DNA of 64,000 nt from an uncultured Alphaproteobacteria bacterium. GTDB taxonomy: Bacteria > Pseudomonadota > Alphaproteobacteria > HIMB59 > GCA-002718135. A program made the translations under genes and the position numbers. Location: positions 50,294 to 114,293 of the forward strand of contig CACGGX010000001.1 in the NCBI GenBank assembly GCA_902572735.1. The letters are read 5' to 3'. Position 1 is the stretch's first letter. Each line of letters opens with the position of its first letter. Shown one piece after another: positions 20,482-29,681 of the stretch. The notes beneath the pieces were generated by a model. That model saw only the letters and a program-made list of their open reading frames with translations. It was not told the origin of the DNA and searched no databases.

Positions 20482-21291
20482 GTTATTTTCAAATAAATCT
20501 AAAATTTCACCATTTTCTGCGAAAATTCCACATAGAATACTTTTATTTGATAATGGCTGTTTAAATAAAGTACAGACTACATTATTTTTTGATATTTCTA
20601 ATTGATTTGAATGTTCTGATTGATATCCTCTCACAATTCTTAAAAAAGTTTTATAAGGTTTTTCTATTTTAGAAAAATTTTGAAAACCCCACCAAAAGCA
20701 ATCATTTTGAGCTGATAGAGGTCTAGTTATATCAACACCTCTGTTAACAAATAATATTTTTTTTGTATGAGAATACGCAGCATGCTTTAAATTTAGAAAA
20801 TATTCAGTATGACCTGGATTTTTTTGTAAAACTTTATTCAAATTAGAAGTCCATTTTGAAATATTAATTGTTCCGGATGAGGCTATATGTTTTACCTCTT
20901 GTTCTGAAAAACCATATGATTCAATTGTTTTATTTACTCCATGATCAAACATCCAGTCTATGATTTCAGTAGGATTTGGGGCAAGTTGTAATTGTAACAA
21001 TTTACTAAACATTTCTTCCTGAGCTCCTCTTAGAAAAATAATTGAATCAGGTTTAAGTTTAAATTTTGACATTAAATTAAATCTTAAATCAATAACACTA
21101 GTTAATGTTTCCTTTGAATTATCGCCAAGTCCTATTATGTTTCCAAGAAAAATAAGTTTGTCACCTAATTCAAAATTATTTAAAATAAATTTTTTTATTG
21201 AAGTAAAGGATTTTAAGTTTGAATGAATTGAGCCTATAGCCCATATTTTGTTAAATTTTTTTAATTCTATAAAATTACTACTGGTTTCCAA
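20479..21291 (-). CDS. calcineurin-like metallophosphoesterase fold protein with degenerate metal ligands
   Basis: GSIHS, LGNIIGLG, LRGAQE and FVNRG at the positions of GDIHG, GDxVDRG, GNHE and VHAG. Confidence 0.7.
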   Translation of the reverse strand: METSSNFIELKKFNKIWAIGSIHSNLKSFTSIKKFILNNFELGDKLIFLGNIIGLGDNSKETLTSVIDLRFNLMSKFKLKPDSIIFLRGAQEEMFSKLLQLQLAPNPTEIIDWMFDHGVNKTIESYGFSEQEVKHIASSGTINISKWTSNLNKVLQKNPGHTEYFLNLKHAAYSHTKKILFVNRGVDITRPLSAQNDCFWWGFQNFSKIEKPYKTFLRIVRGYQSEHSNQLEISKNNVVCTLFKQPLSNKSILCGIFAENGEILDLFENN

Positions 21292-21295
21292 AATA

Positions 21296-21799
21296 TTATT
21301 TATTACTCAATATTTGTTCTATTTTTTCTGTTGATTGAAAATAATCAGTTTTTTCAACAGCAGCTATTTCGCGAGCTAGACGCTCAATTGCAATTTGAAA
21401 CATTTGTCTTTCACTATAAGATTGTTCCGCTTGACTACTTTTTCTAAACAAATCTCTTACAACTTCAGAAATTTTTATAGGGTCGCCAGAAAAGATCTTT
21501 GTTTCATATTCTTGCGCTCTTCTACTCCACATAATTCTTCTTATCTTTGGTTTAAGTTTTAAAGTAGAATAAACTTGTTCTATAATTTTTTTTGAGGAAA
21601 TTTTTCTTAACCCAACCTCATCTTTTTTATCGAGAGGTACTCTAATTATTAGTTTAGATTGCTCCATTTTAACAACATAAAAGGTCGTCTTAATATTTGA
21701 TATTTCCATATTTTCAATTTTTGCAATCTCTCCAACACCATGCTTGGGATAAACTACAGTTTCACCTATTTTAAAATCAGAATTTTTTTTTGTTTTCAT
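21296..21799 (-). CDS. carD: CarD/CdnL transcription factor
   Basis: VVYPKHGVG, MWSRRAQEYE, EVVRDL, QSYSERQ. Confidence 0.95.
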   Translation of the reverse strand: MKTKKNSDFKIGETVVYPKHGVGEIAKIENMEISNIKTTFYVVKMEQSKLIIRVPLDKKDEVGLRKISSKKIIEQVYSTLKLKPKIRRIMWSRRAQEYETKIFSGDPIKISEVVRDLFRKSSQAEQSYSERQMFQIAIERLAREIAAVEKTDYFQSTEKIEQILSNK

Positions 21800-22132
21800 T
21801 TATCTTCCTGGTTTTTCACTAAAATGTTTATTAAATTTATCTTCAACATTTTGCCATTTTTCTGCATCAGAAGGTGGGTCCTTTTTTTCACTTATATTTG
21901 GCCATATTTCTGAATATTTTCTATTAATTTCAGCCCACTTTTCTATTCCATCTTCTGTATCTGAGAAAATAGCATCTACTGGGCACTCTGGCTCACAAAC
22001 TCCACAATCGATACACTCGTCTGGGTGGATTACAAGCATATTTTCACCTTCGTAAAAACAATCTACTGGGCAGACTTCTACGCAGTCCATATGTTTACAT
22101 TTTATACATTTTTCATCGACTATGTAGGTCAT
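21800..22132 (-). CDS. fdxA: 7Fe ferredoxin FdxA
   Basis: [17 protein letters not shown] and [12 protein letters not shown]. Confidence 0.96.
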   Translation of the reverse strand: MTYIVDEKCIKCKHMDCVEVCPVDCFYEGENMLVIHPDECIDCGVCEPECPVDAIFSDTEDGIEKWAEINRKYSEIWPNISEKKDPPSDAEKWQNVEDKFNKHFSEKPGR

Positions 22133-22133
22133 A

Positions 22134-22583
22134 TTATTTAAATATTTTATTTAGAGCCCTTTTCTTAGCATTTCCAGAACTCACATCATTTATATACAGT
22201 AATCCAGCAAGTCTTCTAATCAAATTTGACTCAAAATCATGTATTTCTCCATCAGATAATACAATTTCCCATAAAGCTTCAATAAGAAGCAATTTTTTAT
22301 CATCAGTGAAATTTTTATTAATAAATGAGGTATAGTGGTGAAGAGATCTAGAATTATTTTTATTCTTTATAGCTTCATCCAAAACAAAATTTACTTCATT
22401 TGGATCTTCTTCAAAAATATTTATTAAACTTAATTTAATTTTATTTAATTCATTTTCATCAATTTTTCCGTCAGTATATGCTGCCTCAATCATCAATCCG
22501 CATAATAATTCAAGATTTTTATTATCTCCTTTTTCTTCTATAGAATTTTGATTATTTAAAATATTTTTTAATAAATTTATCAA
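22134..22583 (-). CDS. TerB-family (tellurite resistance / DjlA-N-like) protein
   Basis: [30 protein letters not shown]. Confidence 0.85.
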   Translation of the reverse strand: MINLLKNILNNQNSIEEKGDNKNLELLCGLMIEAAYTDGKIDENELNKIKLSLINIFEEDPNEVNFVLDEAIKNKNNSRSLHHYTSFINKNFTDDKKLLLIEALWEIVLSDGEIHDFESNLIRRLAGLLYINDVSSGNAKKRALNKIFK

Positions 22584-22601
22584 TTTTTACCTATTATTCA
22601 T

Positions 22602-25154
22602 TTAAAGAAGTTTTTCTAAGACTGCAAACGGAGAATTAGGATCTCTTTTAGTTTCATTTATTTTAGTTTCTTTATTATTAATTTTTACTTTATTTTTTTT
22701 TGTAATTTTTTTAATTTCTTTTTTATTATTTTTTAAAAAATATAATTTTTTTTCATCATATGTAGTTAAATAATCGTAACCGCAAAAAACCATGATATCT
22801 TTAAGTTGATCACTATTACATCCAATTGGGTTCATCAAATCGGAAGACTCCAAAAAAGGACCTTTTTTTATTTTTTGCCTTGCTAAGAAAAAAATTTTTT
22901 CAAATACATCGATTCTAAAAACGAAATCTTTAATATTGATATAACCAATAGATTGCCAATAATTCTCTGGCATTTTAAACTCTGATTTAAAAGATACTCT
23001 TCCATTTTGTGGTAATGGTAAAAAATTATCTAATGCATTTTTGTAAAAAGTTTTCCATAAAATGGCACAAAACTCCAAAGGTTTTTTTTTCAATAAATTT
23101 GGTATAAAAAAATATTTTGCTCCAATCCTAATACCAAGTTTCGAAAGTTGAAGTTTACTCTCTTGTGAAATTGTTTTTAAGTTGTGTTTAAATGTTTCAA
23201 CTGGATAGTTTCCAAAATTCTCTAAACAATTAAAAACAATTGCTCTTATTTCTGAATTAATTTCTTCATCTAAGTTTTTTGTAAGAGGATGAATTGTATC
23301 ATTTATTTCATTTTCTAACCATTTTTGAAGTTTTGCAGATATCAATAATTTATTTTCTGAAGATAAATATTCAGAATTTAAGGCTTCGGCAATTGGTTTA
23401 TAAATTGATCTACCTTTTTTTATTTTTCCAATTGCTTCTTCTCCCCAACAAATTAAAGTTTCATTTTTAATTTTTGATTTACTAATATCCTCAAATCTAA
23501 TCGATTCTAATGGTGCATCCAAAAAATTATTTACTTTTTCATCAATCATTTTTCTTACAGATTTTTTTATATTACTAATCGAAAAAAGAGATTGTGAAAA
23601 TATTTTTTTATCCTCAATAAGATCAAAACCCACAATAATTCCATATTTTGTATTATCGAGATAAATTTTATTGTCATTTTTAATGAGAATATCTTCAGTA
23701 TCTTGAAAAATAGGTTTGCTAATGAAATATTTAGATGAGTAGTCTATAAATTTTTTTGTAAGACTTTCATGCAATTGGTCTGATAGTTTATTTTCTATTT
23801 GATGTGTTTTTTCTTTCCAAAAATATTTCTTTTTGAGCCAATTATGATTATTAGAAATATAAGTCCATGTTCTTATTTGTGAAATTTTTATTGATAACTC
23901 TGGTATACCTCCGCCAAAGTTATCAAGTCTACTTACTTTTTTATCTATCCATTCTTCAGGTAGTTTGTAATTATTTTCTATTAATGTAAGAAATATATCT
24001 TTTAACAATAATAAGTAATTATCATTAAATAATTTTTCAAAATCTGGTATTTGGCAAATATCCCAAAGTAATTTTAAATTTAATTTTGATTCTAAATTAT
24101 TTCTTATTTCTTTATCATCAATTAAATTACGAAAATTAATTTCATCCAAAGCATTTTTTTTATGAATAAAATGACTCTGTATTGGGTATTTTTTTAATGA
24201 TAATAATAATAAATCAATAGATTCAAAATTAAGATCGCTATTTCTCCAATAAATCTTTTGAATACTATCAAAGTTATGATTTTCTATTTGCTGTATTATC
24301 AATGGATCTAAATTACCTGCTTCTTTTGTGTAACTAAAAGTTCCATTTTTTTTATACCTACCTGCTCTACCTGCTATTTGACCAATTTCGTTAGGAGCAA
24401 GATTTCGATTATATCTGCCATCAAATTTTTCTAATGATGAAAAACTTACATGATTTATATTTAGATTCAAACCCATACCAATAGCATCCGTAGCTACCAA
24501 GTAATCAACATTATTATTTTCATATACCTCTACTTGAGCATTTCTGGTTCTTGGGCTAAGTGAGCCTAAAACAACTGCGGCTCCACCTTTGTGGGTTCTA
24601 ATATTTTCAGCAATTTCATAAACTTTGTTTATATTGAATGCAATTATTGCAGATCTAGGTTCAAGTTTAGAAAAATTTTGCTTCCTTAAAAATGTAAGTT
24701 GTGAAAATCTACTTTTTTTTTCAATAATAATATTAGGGTAGATTTTTTTTAATATATTTTCTATGTTTAAAGATCCTAAAAATATAGTTTGAAAATTACC
24801 TTTTTGATTTAAAATTCTATCTGTAAAAATATGCCCTCTTTCATAATCAGCTGCTAGCTGAACTTCATCAATTATTAAACAATCTACAGAAATATTGTCA
24901 GGCATTGACTCCACGGTGCAAAAAAAATATTTGGCTTCTTTAGGAATAATTTTCTCTTCTCCAGTTATTAATGCTACCTTGCTGATCCCAATTCTTTGTA
25001 CCGCTTTGTCATAATTTTCTCTAGCAAGTAATCTTAATGGAAAGCCAAAAACTCCTGAAGAATATGTGAACAGTTTTTCAAACGCTGTATAAGTTTTTCC
25101 AGTATTGGTAGGCCCAAGTATTGCTAATAAATTTTCGTCTGCATTAGACATCAA
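22602..25154 (-). CDS. SUV3-like SF2 RNA helicase (MgpS-type)
   Basis: GPTNTGKT, PLRLLARE, DEVQL, LVATDAIGMGLN, QIAGRAGR, C-terminal DPNSPFAVL. Confidence 0.9.
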   Translation of the reverse strand: MMSNADENLLAILGPTNTGKTYTAFEKLFTYSSGVFGFPLRLLARENYDKAVQRIGISKVALITGEEKIIPKEAKYFFCTVESMPDNISVDCLIIDEVQLAADYERGHIFTDRILNQKGNFQTIFLGSLNIENILKKIYPNIIIEKKSRFSQLTFLRKQNFSKLEPRSAIIAFNINKVYEIAENIRTHKGGAAVVLGSLSPRTRNAQVEVYENNNVDYLVATDAIGMGLNLNINHVSFSSLEKFDGRYNRNLAPNEIGQIAGRAGRYKKNGTFSYTKEAGNLDPLIIQQIENHNFDSIQKIYWRNSDLNFESIDLLLLSLKKYPIQSHFIHKKNALDEINFRNLIDDKEIRNNLESKLNLKLLWDICQIPDFEKLFNDNYLLLLKDIFLTLIENNYKLPEEWIDKKVSRLDNFGGGIPELSIKISQIRTWTYISNNHNWLKKKYFWKEKTHQIENKLSDQLHESLTKKFIDYSSKYFISKPIFQDTEDILIKNDNKIYLDNTKYGIIVGFDLIEDKKIFSQSLFSISNIKKSVRKMIDEKVNNFLDAPLESIRFEDISKSKIKNETLICWGEEAIGKIKKGRSIYKPIAEALNSEYLSSENKLLISAKLQKWLENEINDTIHPLTKNLDEEINSEIRAIVFNCLENFGNYPVETFKHNLKTISQESKLQLSKLGIRIGAKYFFIPNLLKKKPLEFCAILWKTFYKNALDNFLPLPQNGRVSFKSEFKMPENYWQSIGYINIKDFVFRIDVFEKIFFLARQKIKKGPFLESSDLMNPIGCNSDQLKDIMVFCGYDYLTTYDEKKLYFLKNNKKEIKKITKKNKVKINNKETKINETKRDPNSPFAVLEKLL

Positions 25155-25155
25155 A

Positions 25156-27798
25156 TTATGCAGCTTCTGATATTATTTCATTTAAAACGTAATTTAAAAT
25201 TCCTCCTGCTTTATAATATTCAAGTTCTTTATTAGTATCTATTCTACACTTTAAATGTATTTTTTTAGTCTCTTTAGAATAAATTTCACAATTAAGAATA
25301 GCTCCTGGTTTTATTTTAGACAAACCAAGAATAGAAATGATTTCGTCACCTAAAATATTAAGATTTTTTTTGTTTTCATTATTAATAAATTCAAGAGGTA
25401 AAACTCCCATTCCTATTAAATTTGATCTATGAATTCTCTCAAAACTTTCAGCAATTACTGCCTTAACACCTAAAAGTCTTGTTCCTTTAGCTGCCCAGTC
25501 CCTAGAAGAACCTGTGCCATATTCTTTACCTGCTACTATAACTGTATCAATATTATTCTTAATATATTCTTGAGCCGCATCATATATTGACATTTGTCTA
25601 TTTGAAACAAAGGATTTTGTGTAGCCTCCTTCCACATTATTTAGAATCTGGTTTTTAATTCTTATGTTCGCAAATGTACCACGCATCATAATTTCGTGAT
25701 TACCGCGTCTTGATCCATACGAATTAAAATTTCTAGAATTAATTTGTCTATCTGTTAAATAAAGACCAGCTGGACTATCTTCCTTAATATTTCCGGCAGG
25801 TGAAATATGGTCTGTTGTTACACTATCTCCTAGTAAAGCTAATATTCTCGCTTTTTTTATATCTTTTAACTCAAATTTATTTTGTGTGTCAAAAAAAGGA
25901 GGGTGTTTTATATAAGTACTAGTATCATTCCAATCATATGTAGTATCTTTGGAATTGTTAATTGATTTCCAATTATGATCACCTTTGTAAATTTCTTTAT
26001 ATCTTTCTTTAAACATTTCTGGTGTCAAACATAAACTTAGTGTTTGATTAATTTCTTTATTTGTTGGCCATAAGTCTTTTAAAAATATCTCTTTTCCAAA
26101 TTTAGATTTACCTAAAGAGTCAGTAGTAAGATTAATATTAATATTACCTGCAATTGCATAAGCAACGACAAGGGGTGGTGAAGCTAGAAAATTAGCTTTC
26201 ACTTCTTGGTGAACTCTTCCCTCAAAGTTTCTGTTTCCAGATAAAACGGAACAAACAGTCAAATTATTTTTTTTAATTTCATTAGATACCCATTCATCTA
26301 AAGGGCCAGAATTGCCAATACAAGTTGTACATCCGTAACCAACAGTATTGAAACCAAGCATATCTAAAAAAGTAGTTAAATCAGCTTTATCTAGATAATC
26401 ACTAACAACTTTACTACCTGGTGCTAAACTTGTTTTAACCCAAGGCTTAACTTCTAAGCCCAAATTAATCGCCTTTTTAGCAACCAAGCCAGCAGCAATC
26501 ATTACATTTGGATTTGAAGTATTTGTACAACTAGTAATTGCAGCTATTACAATATCACCTGTATTTAAATTATTTTTAGTTTTATTTGAGCTATTATCTA
26601 TCTTACTAAATTCAATCGGAACCTCTTTCAAAAGTATTTTATCTTGTGGCCTTTTTGGTCCAGCTAAACTTGGTTCAATTAAATTTAATTCTAATAATAT
26701 TTTATCTGAATATTCAGGCGCATAATTTGCATCTACCCATAGAGTTTGTTTTTTTGAATATTGTTCAACAATATTTAGATGATCATTATCTTTGCCAGTT
26801 AACTTAAGATAATCAATAGTTTCTTCATCAGTCGGGAAAAAACCACAAGTTGCCCCATACTCTGGAGCCATGTTTGAAATTGTAGCTCTGTCAGCTAATG
26901 ATAAACTTTTTAGACCTGTTCCATAAAATTCTACAAACTTTCCAACCACTCCTTTATCTCTAAGAATTTTAGTTATAGATAAAACTAGATCAGTTGCAGT
27001 AATTCCCTCATTCAATGACCCTTTTAATTCAAAACCAATAACGTCTGGAATATTCATAGAGATTGCTTGACCTAGCATTGCAGCCTCTGCCTCTATGCCT
27101 CCAACACCCCATCCTAAAACAGAGAGTGAATTAACCATAGTTGTGTGACTATCTGTTCCTACAACTGAATCTGGAAATAAATAATTTTGATTTTCAATTT
27201 GTTTAATCCATATTGTTTTAGCGATATTTTCTAGATTAACTTGATGACAAATTCCAGCTCCTGGAGGCACAAGATAGAAGTTATCAAAAGAACTTTGTCC
27301 CCATTTTAGAAATTCGTATCTTTCTTTATTTCTATCAAATTCTTTTTTTACATTTTCTTTTAAGGCATTTTTATCTTTATAATTATCAACCATAACTGAA
27401 TGGTCTATAACTAGGTCTACTCTAGAAAGTGGATTTATTTTTTTTGGATCAATTCCTTTTAATTTTAATGCATTTCGCATTGCTGCAAGATCAGCAACGG
27501 CTGGGACACCTGTAAAGTCCTGCATTAAAACTCGTGTTGGGAAAAAAGCTATTTCAATTTTTTCATCTTTTTTATTCTTTTCTTTTAAGTAAGAGATCAA
27601 ATTAGAAATCATCTCTTTACTAATGTTCTCTCCATCTTCATTCCTTAAAAGATTTTCAATTATTATTTTAATTGATATTGGAATTTTATTAAGATCTATA
27701 TCAAAGTATTCCGCTAATTTATTCAAATCAAAATATTTAAAAGTTTGATTATTTATCTCAATTATATTTTCAGAATTAAAAGAATTTATATTTTTCAT
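25156..27798 (-). CDS. acnA: aconitate hydratase A
   Basis: MQDFTGVPA, GTDSHT, AAITSCTNTSNP, GYGCTTCIGNSG, GSSRDWAAKG; likely ATG 27798. Confidence 0.97.
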   Translation of the reverse strand: MKNINSFNSENIIEINNQTFKYFDLNKLAEYFDIDLNKIPISIKIIIENLLRNEDGENISKEMISNLISYLKEKNKKDEKIEIAFFPTRVLMQDFTGVPAVADLAAMRNALKLKGIDPKKINPLSRVDLVIDHSVMVDNYKDKNALKENVKKEFDRNKERYEFLKWGQSSFDNFYLVPPGAGICHQVNLENIAKTIWIKQIENQNYLFPDSVVGTDSHTTMVNSLSVLGWGVGGIEAEAAMLGQAISMNIPDVIGFELKGSLNEGITATDLVLSITKILRDKGVVGKFVEFYGTGLKSLSLADRATISNMAPEYGATCGFFPTDEETIDYLKLTGKDNDHLNIVEQYSKKQTLWVDANYAPEYSDKILLELNLIEPSLAGPKRPQDKILLKEVPIEFSKIDNSSNKTKNNLNTGDIVIAAITSCTNTSNPNVMIAAGLVAKKAINLGLEVKPWVKTSLAPGSKVVSDYLDKADLTTFLDMLGFNTVGYGCTTCIGNSGPLDEWVSNEIKKNNLTVCSVLSGNRNFEGRVHQEVKANFLASPPLVVAYAIAGNININLTTDSLGKSKFGKEIFLKDLWPTNKEINQTLSLCLTPEMFKERYKEIYKGDHNWKSINNSKDTTYDWNDTSTYIKHPPFFDTQNKFELKDIKKARILALLGDSVTTDHISPAGNIKEDSPAGLYLTDRQINSRNFNSYGSRRGNHEIMMRGTFANIRIKNQILNNVEGGYTKSFVSNRQMSIYDAAQEYIKNNIDTVIVAGKEYGTGSSRDWAAKGTRLLGVKAVIAESFERIHRSNLIGMGVLPLEFINNENKKNLNILGDEIISILGLSKIKPGAILNCEIYSKETKKIHLKCRIDTNKELEYYKAGGILNYVLNEIISEAA

Positions 27799-28020
27799 GT
27801 TAAATTGATTAATAATTATAATATTTAAATAGTATGAAGATAAATTTTTGTATAGCAAAATGTTTATTTATTATTAGTTTTCTGCCAAAAATATAAAATT
27901 TAGTTCGTAATTTTTTTTCTTAATTTTTAAAAAGATGTTTTACCAAACTTAAATTAAATTAATTTTAAAATATTGGTATATTGTTGACTTTAACCGTAAG
28001 TTTTGGGAATAAATACACAG

Positions 28021-28086
28021 CCTTTTATAATTATCGCTTAGGCGATAATGGAGGGAGGTTCCTCCGGGGTAACAAAATACAAGGAG
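28021..28086 (+). promoter_or_regulatory. GC-rich structured 5' leader and RBS of the Lys-rich gene
   Basis: Hairpins ATTATCGC-ttag-GCGATAAT (28030-28049) and GGAGG-gaggtt-CCTCC (28050-28065); AAGGAG RBS 28081-28086; TTGACT -35-like element near 27984. Confidence 0.6.
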
Positions 28087-28092
28087 TATTTT

Positions 28093-28269
28093 ATGGCTAA
28101 GAAGAAAAAGAAAGCTGCTCCAAAGAAGAAGAAGAAAGCAGCTCCTAAGAAAAAGAAAAAAGCAGCTCCTAAAAAGAAAAAGAAAAAAGCTGCGCCTAAG
28201 AAAAAGAAAAAAGCAGCTCCTAAAAAGAAAAAGAAAAAAGCTGCTAAAAAGAAGAAAAAGAGAAGATAG
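28093..28269 (+). CDS. 58-aa Lys/Ala/Pro repeat, histone-H1-like basic protein
   Basis: MAK5(AAP-K5-6)x5-AA-K5-RR, 37 of 58 residues Lys; strong RBS, own terminator. Confidence 0.8.
   Translation: MAKKKKKAAPKKKKKAAPKKKKKAAPKKKKKKAAPKKKKKAAPKKKKKKAAKKKKKRR
28144..28244 (+). repeat. 51-bp-period tandem repeat inside the Lys-rich gene
   Basis: cctaagaaaaagaaaaaagcagctcctaaaaagaaaaagaaaaaagctgc at 28144-28193 and 28195-28244. Confidence 0.9.
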
Positions 28270-28336
28270 TAATATCTCAATTTTTCAAGAAAACTTTAAT
28301 TTAAAGTTTTCTTTTTCTTATCTTTTTCAAAAAGAT

Positions 28337-28362
28337 AAAACGGGGTTCTGCCCCGTTTTTTT
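28337..28362 (+). terminator. intrinsic terminator
   Basis: aaaaCGGGG-ttctg-CCCCG-T7, preceded by two AT-rich inverted repeats (28287-28313, 28318-28338). Confidence 0.85.
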
Positions 28363-28397
28363 ATTGTTTTAAATTAAAAAGTAATTAGATTTTAATA

Positions 28398-29003
28398 ATG
28401 ATAATTGTTAAGGATTTATCAGTGGAAAGATTAGATAAAAGAATATTTGAAAATATTAATTTATCTCTAGCATCTAGCGATATTACTATCTTAAAAGGCA
28501 ATAATGGTTCTGGCAAAACTACCTTACTAAAAACAATATTAAATATAATTGAACCATCTGTTGGGTCAATATATTGGAAAGGAAAATTATTAAAAAAAAA
28601 CTTATATGATTTCTATAGTAATGTTACATATATTGCTGATAGGACTTCAAGCTTAACTAGATTAACAGTCAAAGATAATATCAATATTTGGAAAAAAATA
28701 TTTCTATCAAATATTAATGATTCTCAAATTGAAACTGCATTAAAGACTCTAAGATTAGAAAACTATTTGAATCAAAAAGTTGGAAGATTATCTTTAGGAG
28801 AAACTAAAAAATTGGAATTATTAAGATTAATAATAGAAAATAAAAAATTATGGATTTTAGATGAGCCTCTTTCAAATTTAGATGAACATTCAATAGAGTT
28901 AATAAAACAAACTTTTGAAGATCATTGTTCGAAGGATGGGTCTATAATTTTTAGCTCACATCAAAATCCAGGAATTTATGTGACTGAAGAAATTAACTTA
29001 TAA
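28398..29003 (+). CDS. ccmA: heme ABC exporter ATPase CcmA
   Basis: GNNGSGKTT, WILDEP, SSHQ; first gene of the ccm cluster. Confidence 0.92.
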   Translation: MIIVKDLSVERLDKRIFENINLSLASSDITILKGNNGSGKTTLLKTILNIIEPSVGSIYWKGKLLKKNLYDFYSNVTYIADRTSSLTRLTVKDNINIWKKIFLSNINDSQIETALKTLRLENYLNQKVGRLSLGETKKLELLRLIIENKKLWILDEPLSNLDEHSIELIKQTFEDHCSKDGSIIFSSHQNPGIYVTEEINL

Positions 29004-29008
29004 AAATT

Positions 29009-29680
29009 ATGAAATTTTTAAATAAAATAATTTTCTTTTTTTACAGAGAGTACAAATTAAATCTAAGTGGCTTTCAAGATATTTTAACAAATATAATTTT
29101 CTTTTTCGTTTCAATATTAATATTCATATTCTCTATTGGACCAGATGAGGAGGTAATTTCTCTTATTGGAGTGGGTATAGTATGGGCATTATTATTACTA
29201 AGCTCCACATTGTCTTTAAAGAAATTTTATCAGGATGACTTTGAGAATGGTAATCTATTGATTATACATTTAAATGGGTTTAGTTTTGGATTTATTGCTA
29301 TTCTAAAAACTATTTCGCATTTTTTGTTTGTACAAATACCTTTTCTATTATCAATACCAATTGCTTGTATCATACTAAATATTTCTGATGATAAATTCTT
29401 CTACTTACTTACAAGTTTTAGCATGGGATCACTTACTCTATCTTGTTTAGGTTCAATTTCATCATCAATGAATCTAATGAATCATCGAAATTATTTACTG
29501 GGTAGCGTCATAGTTATGATATTTAGTGTTCCAATAATTATTTTTTCAATAGGTATAATTAATATAGAACAGAACTTTAATTCTCTTATAAATATATTAT
29601 TTGGAATACTATTAATTGTTTTTGCCATAAATCCCTGGGCAAGCGGATTGTGTCTTAAACTTTCATTAGAAAATAATTAA
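29009..29680 (+). CDS. ccmB: heme exporter permease CcmB
   Basis: Hydrophobic; FYQDDFENG, PIIIF; lies between ccmA and ccmC. Confidence 0.88.
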   Translation: MKFLNKIIFFFYREYKLNLSGFQDILTNIIFFFVSILIFIFSIGPDEEVISLIGVGIVWALLLLSSTLSLKKFYQDDFENGNLLIIHLNGFSFGFIAILKTISHFLFVQIPFLLSIPIACIILNISDDKFFYLLTSFSMGSLTLSCLGSISSSMNLMNHRNYLLGSVIVMIFSVPIIIFSIGIINIEQNFNSLINILFGILLIVFAINPWASGLCLKLSLENN

Positions 29681-29681
29681 T

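Noticed and set aside
27990-28005. Possible CtrA box (TTAACC...) in the Lys-rich gene promoter, and TTAA-N6-TTAA near 39052
   Set aside because: Only a half site or the wrong spacing relative to TTAA-N7-TTAA; TTAA is very common in this genome
28093-28269. Lys repeat considered as a CRISPR array or non-coding microsatellite
   Set aside because: No unique spacers, units are multiples of 3 with synonymous variation, and no cas genes are present
28038-28280. Minus-strand 80-aa poly-Phe ORF (GAAFFFFL repeats)
   Set aside because: Mirror of the Lys-repeat gene; the RBS, leader and terminator all support the plus strand
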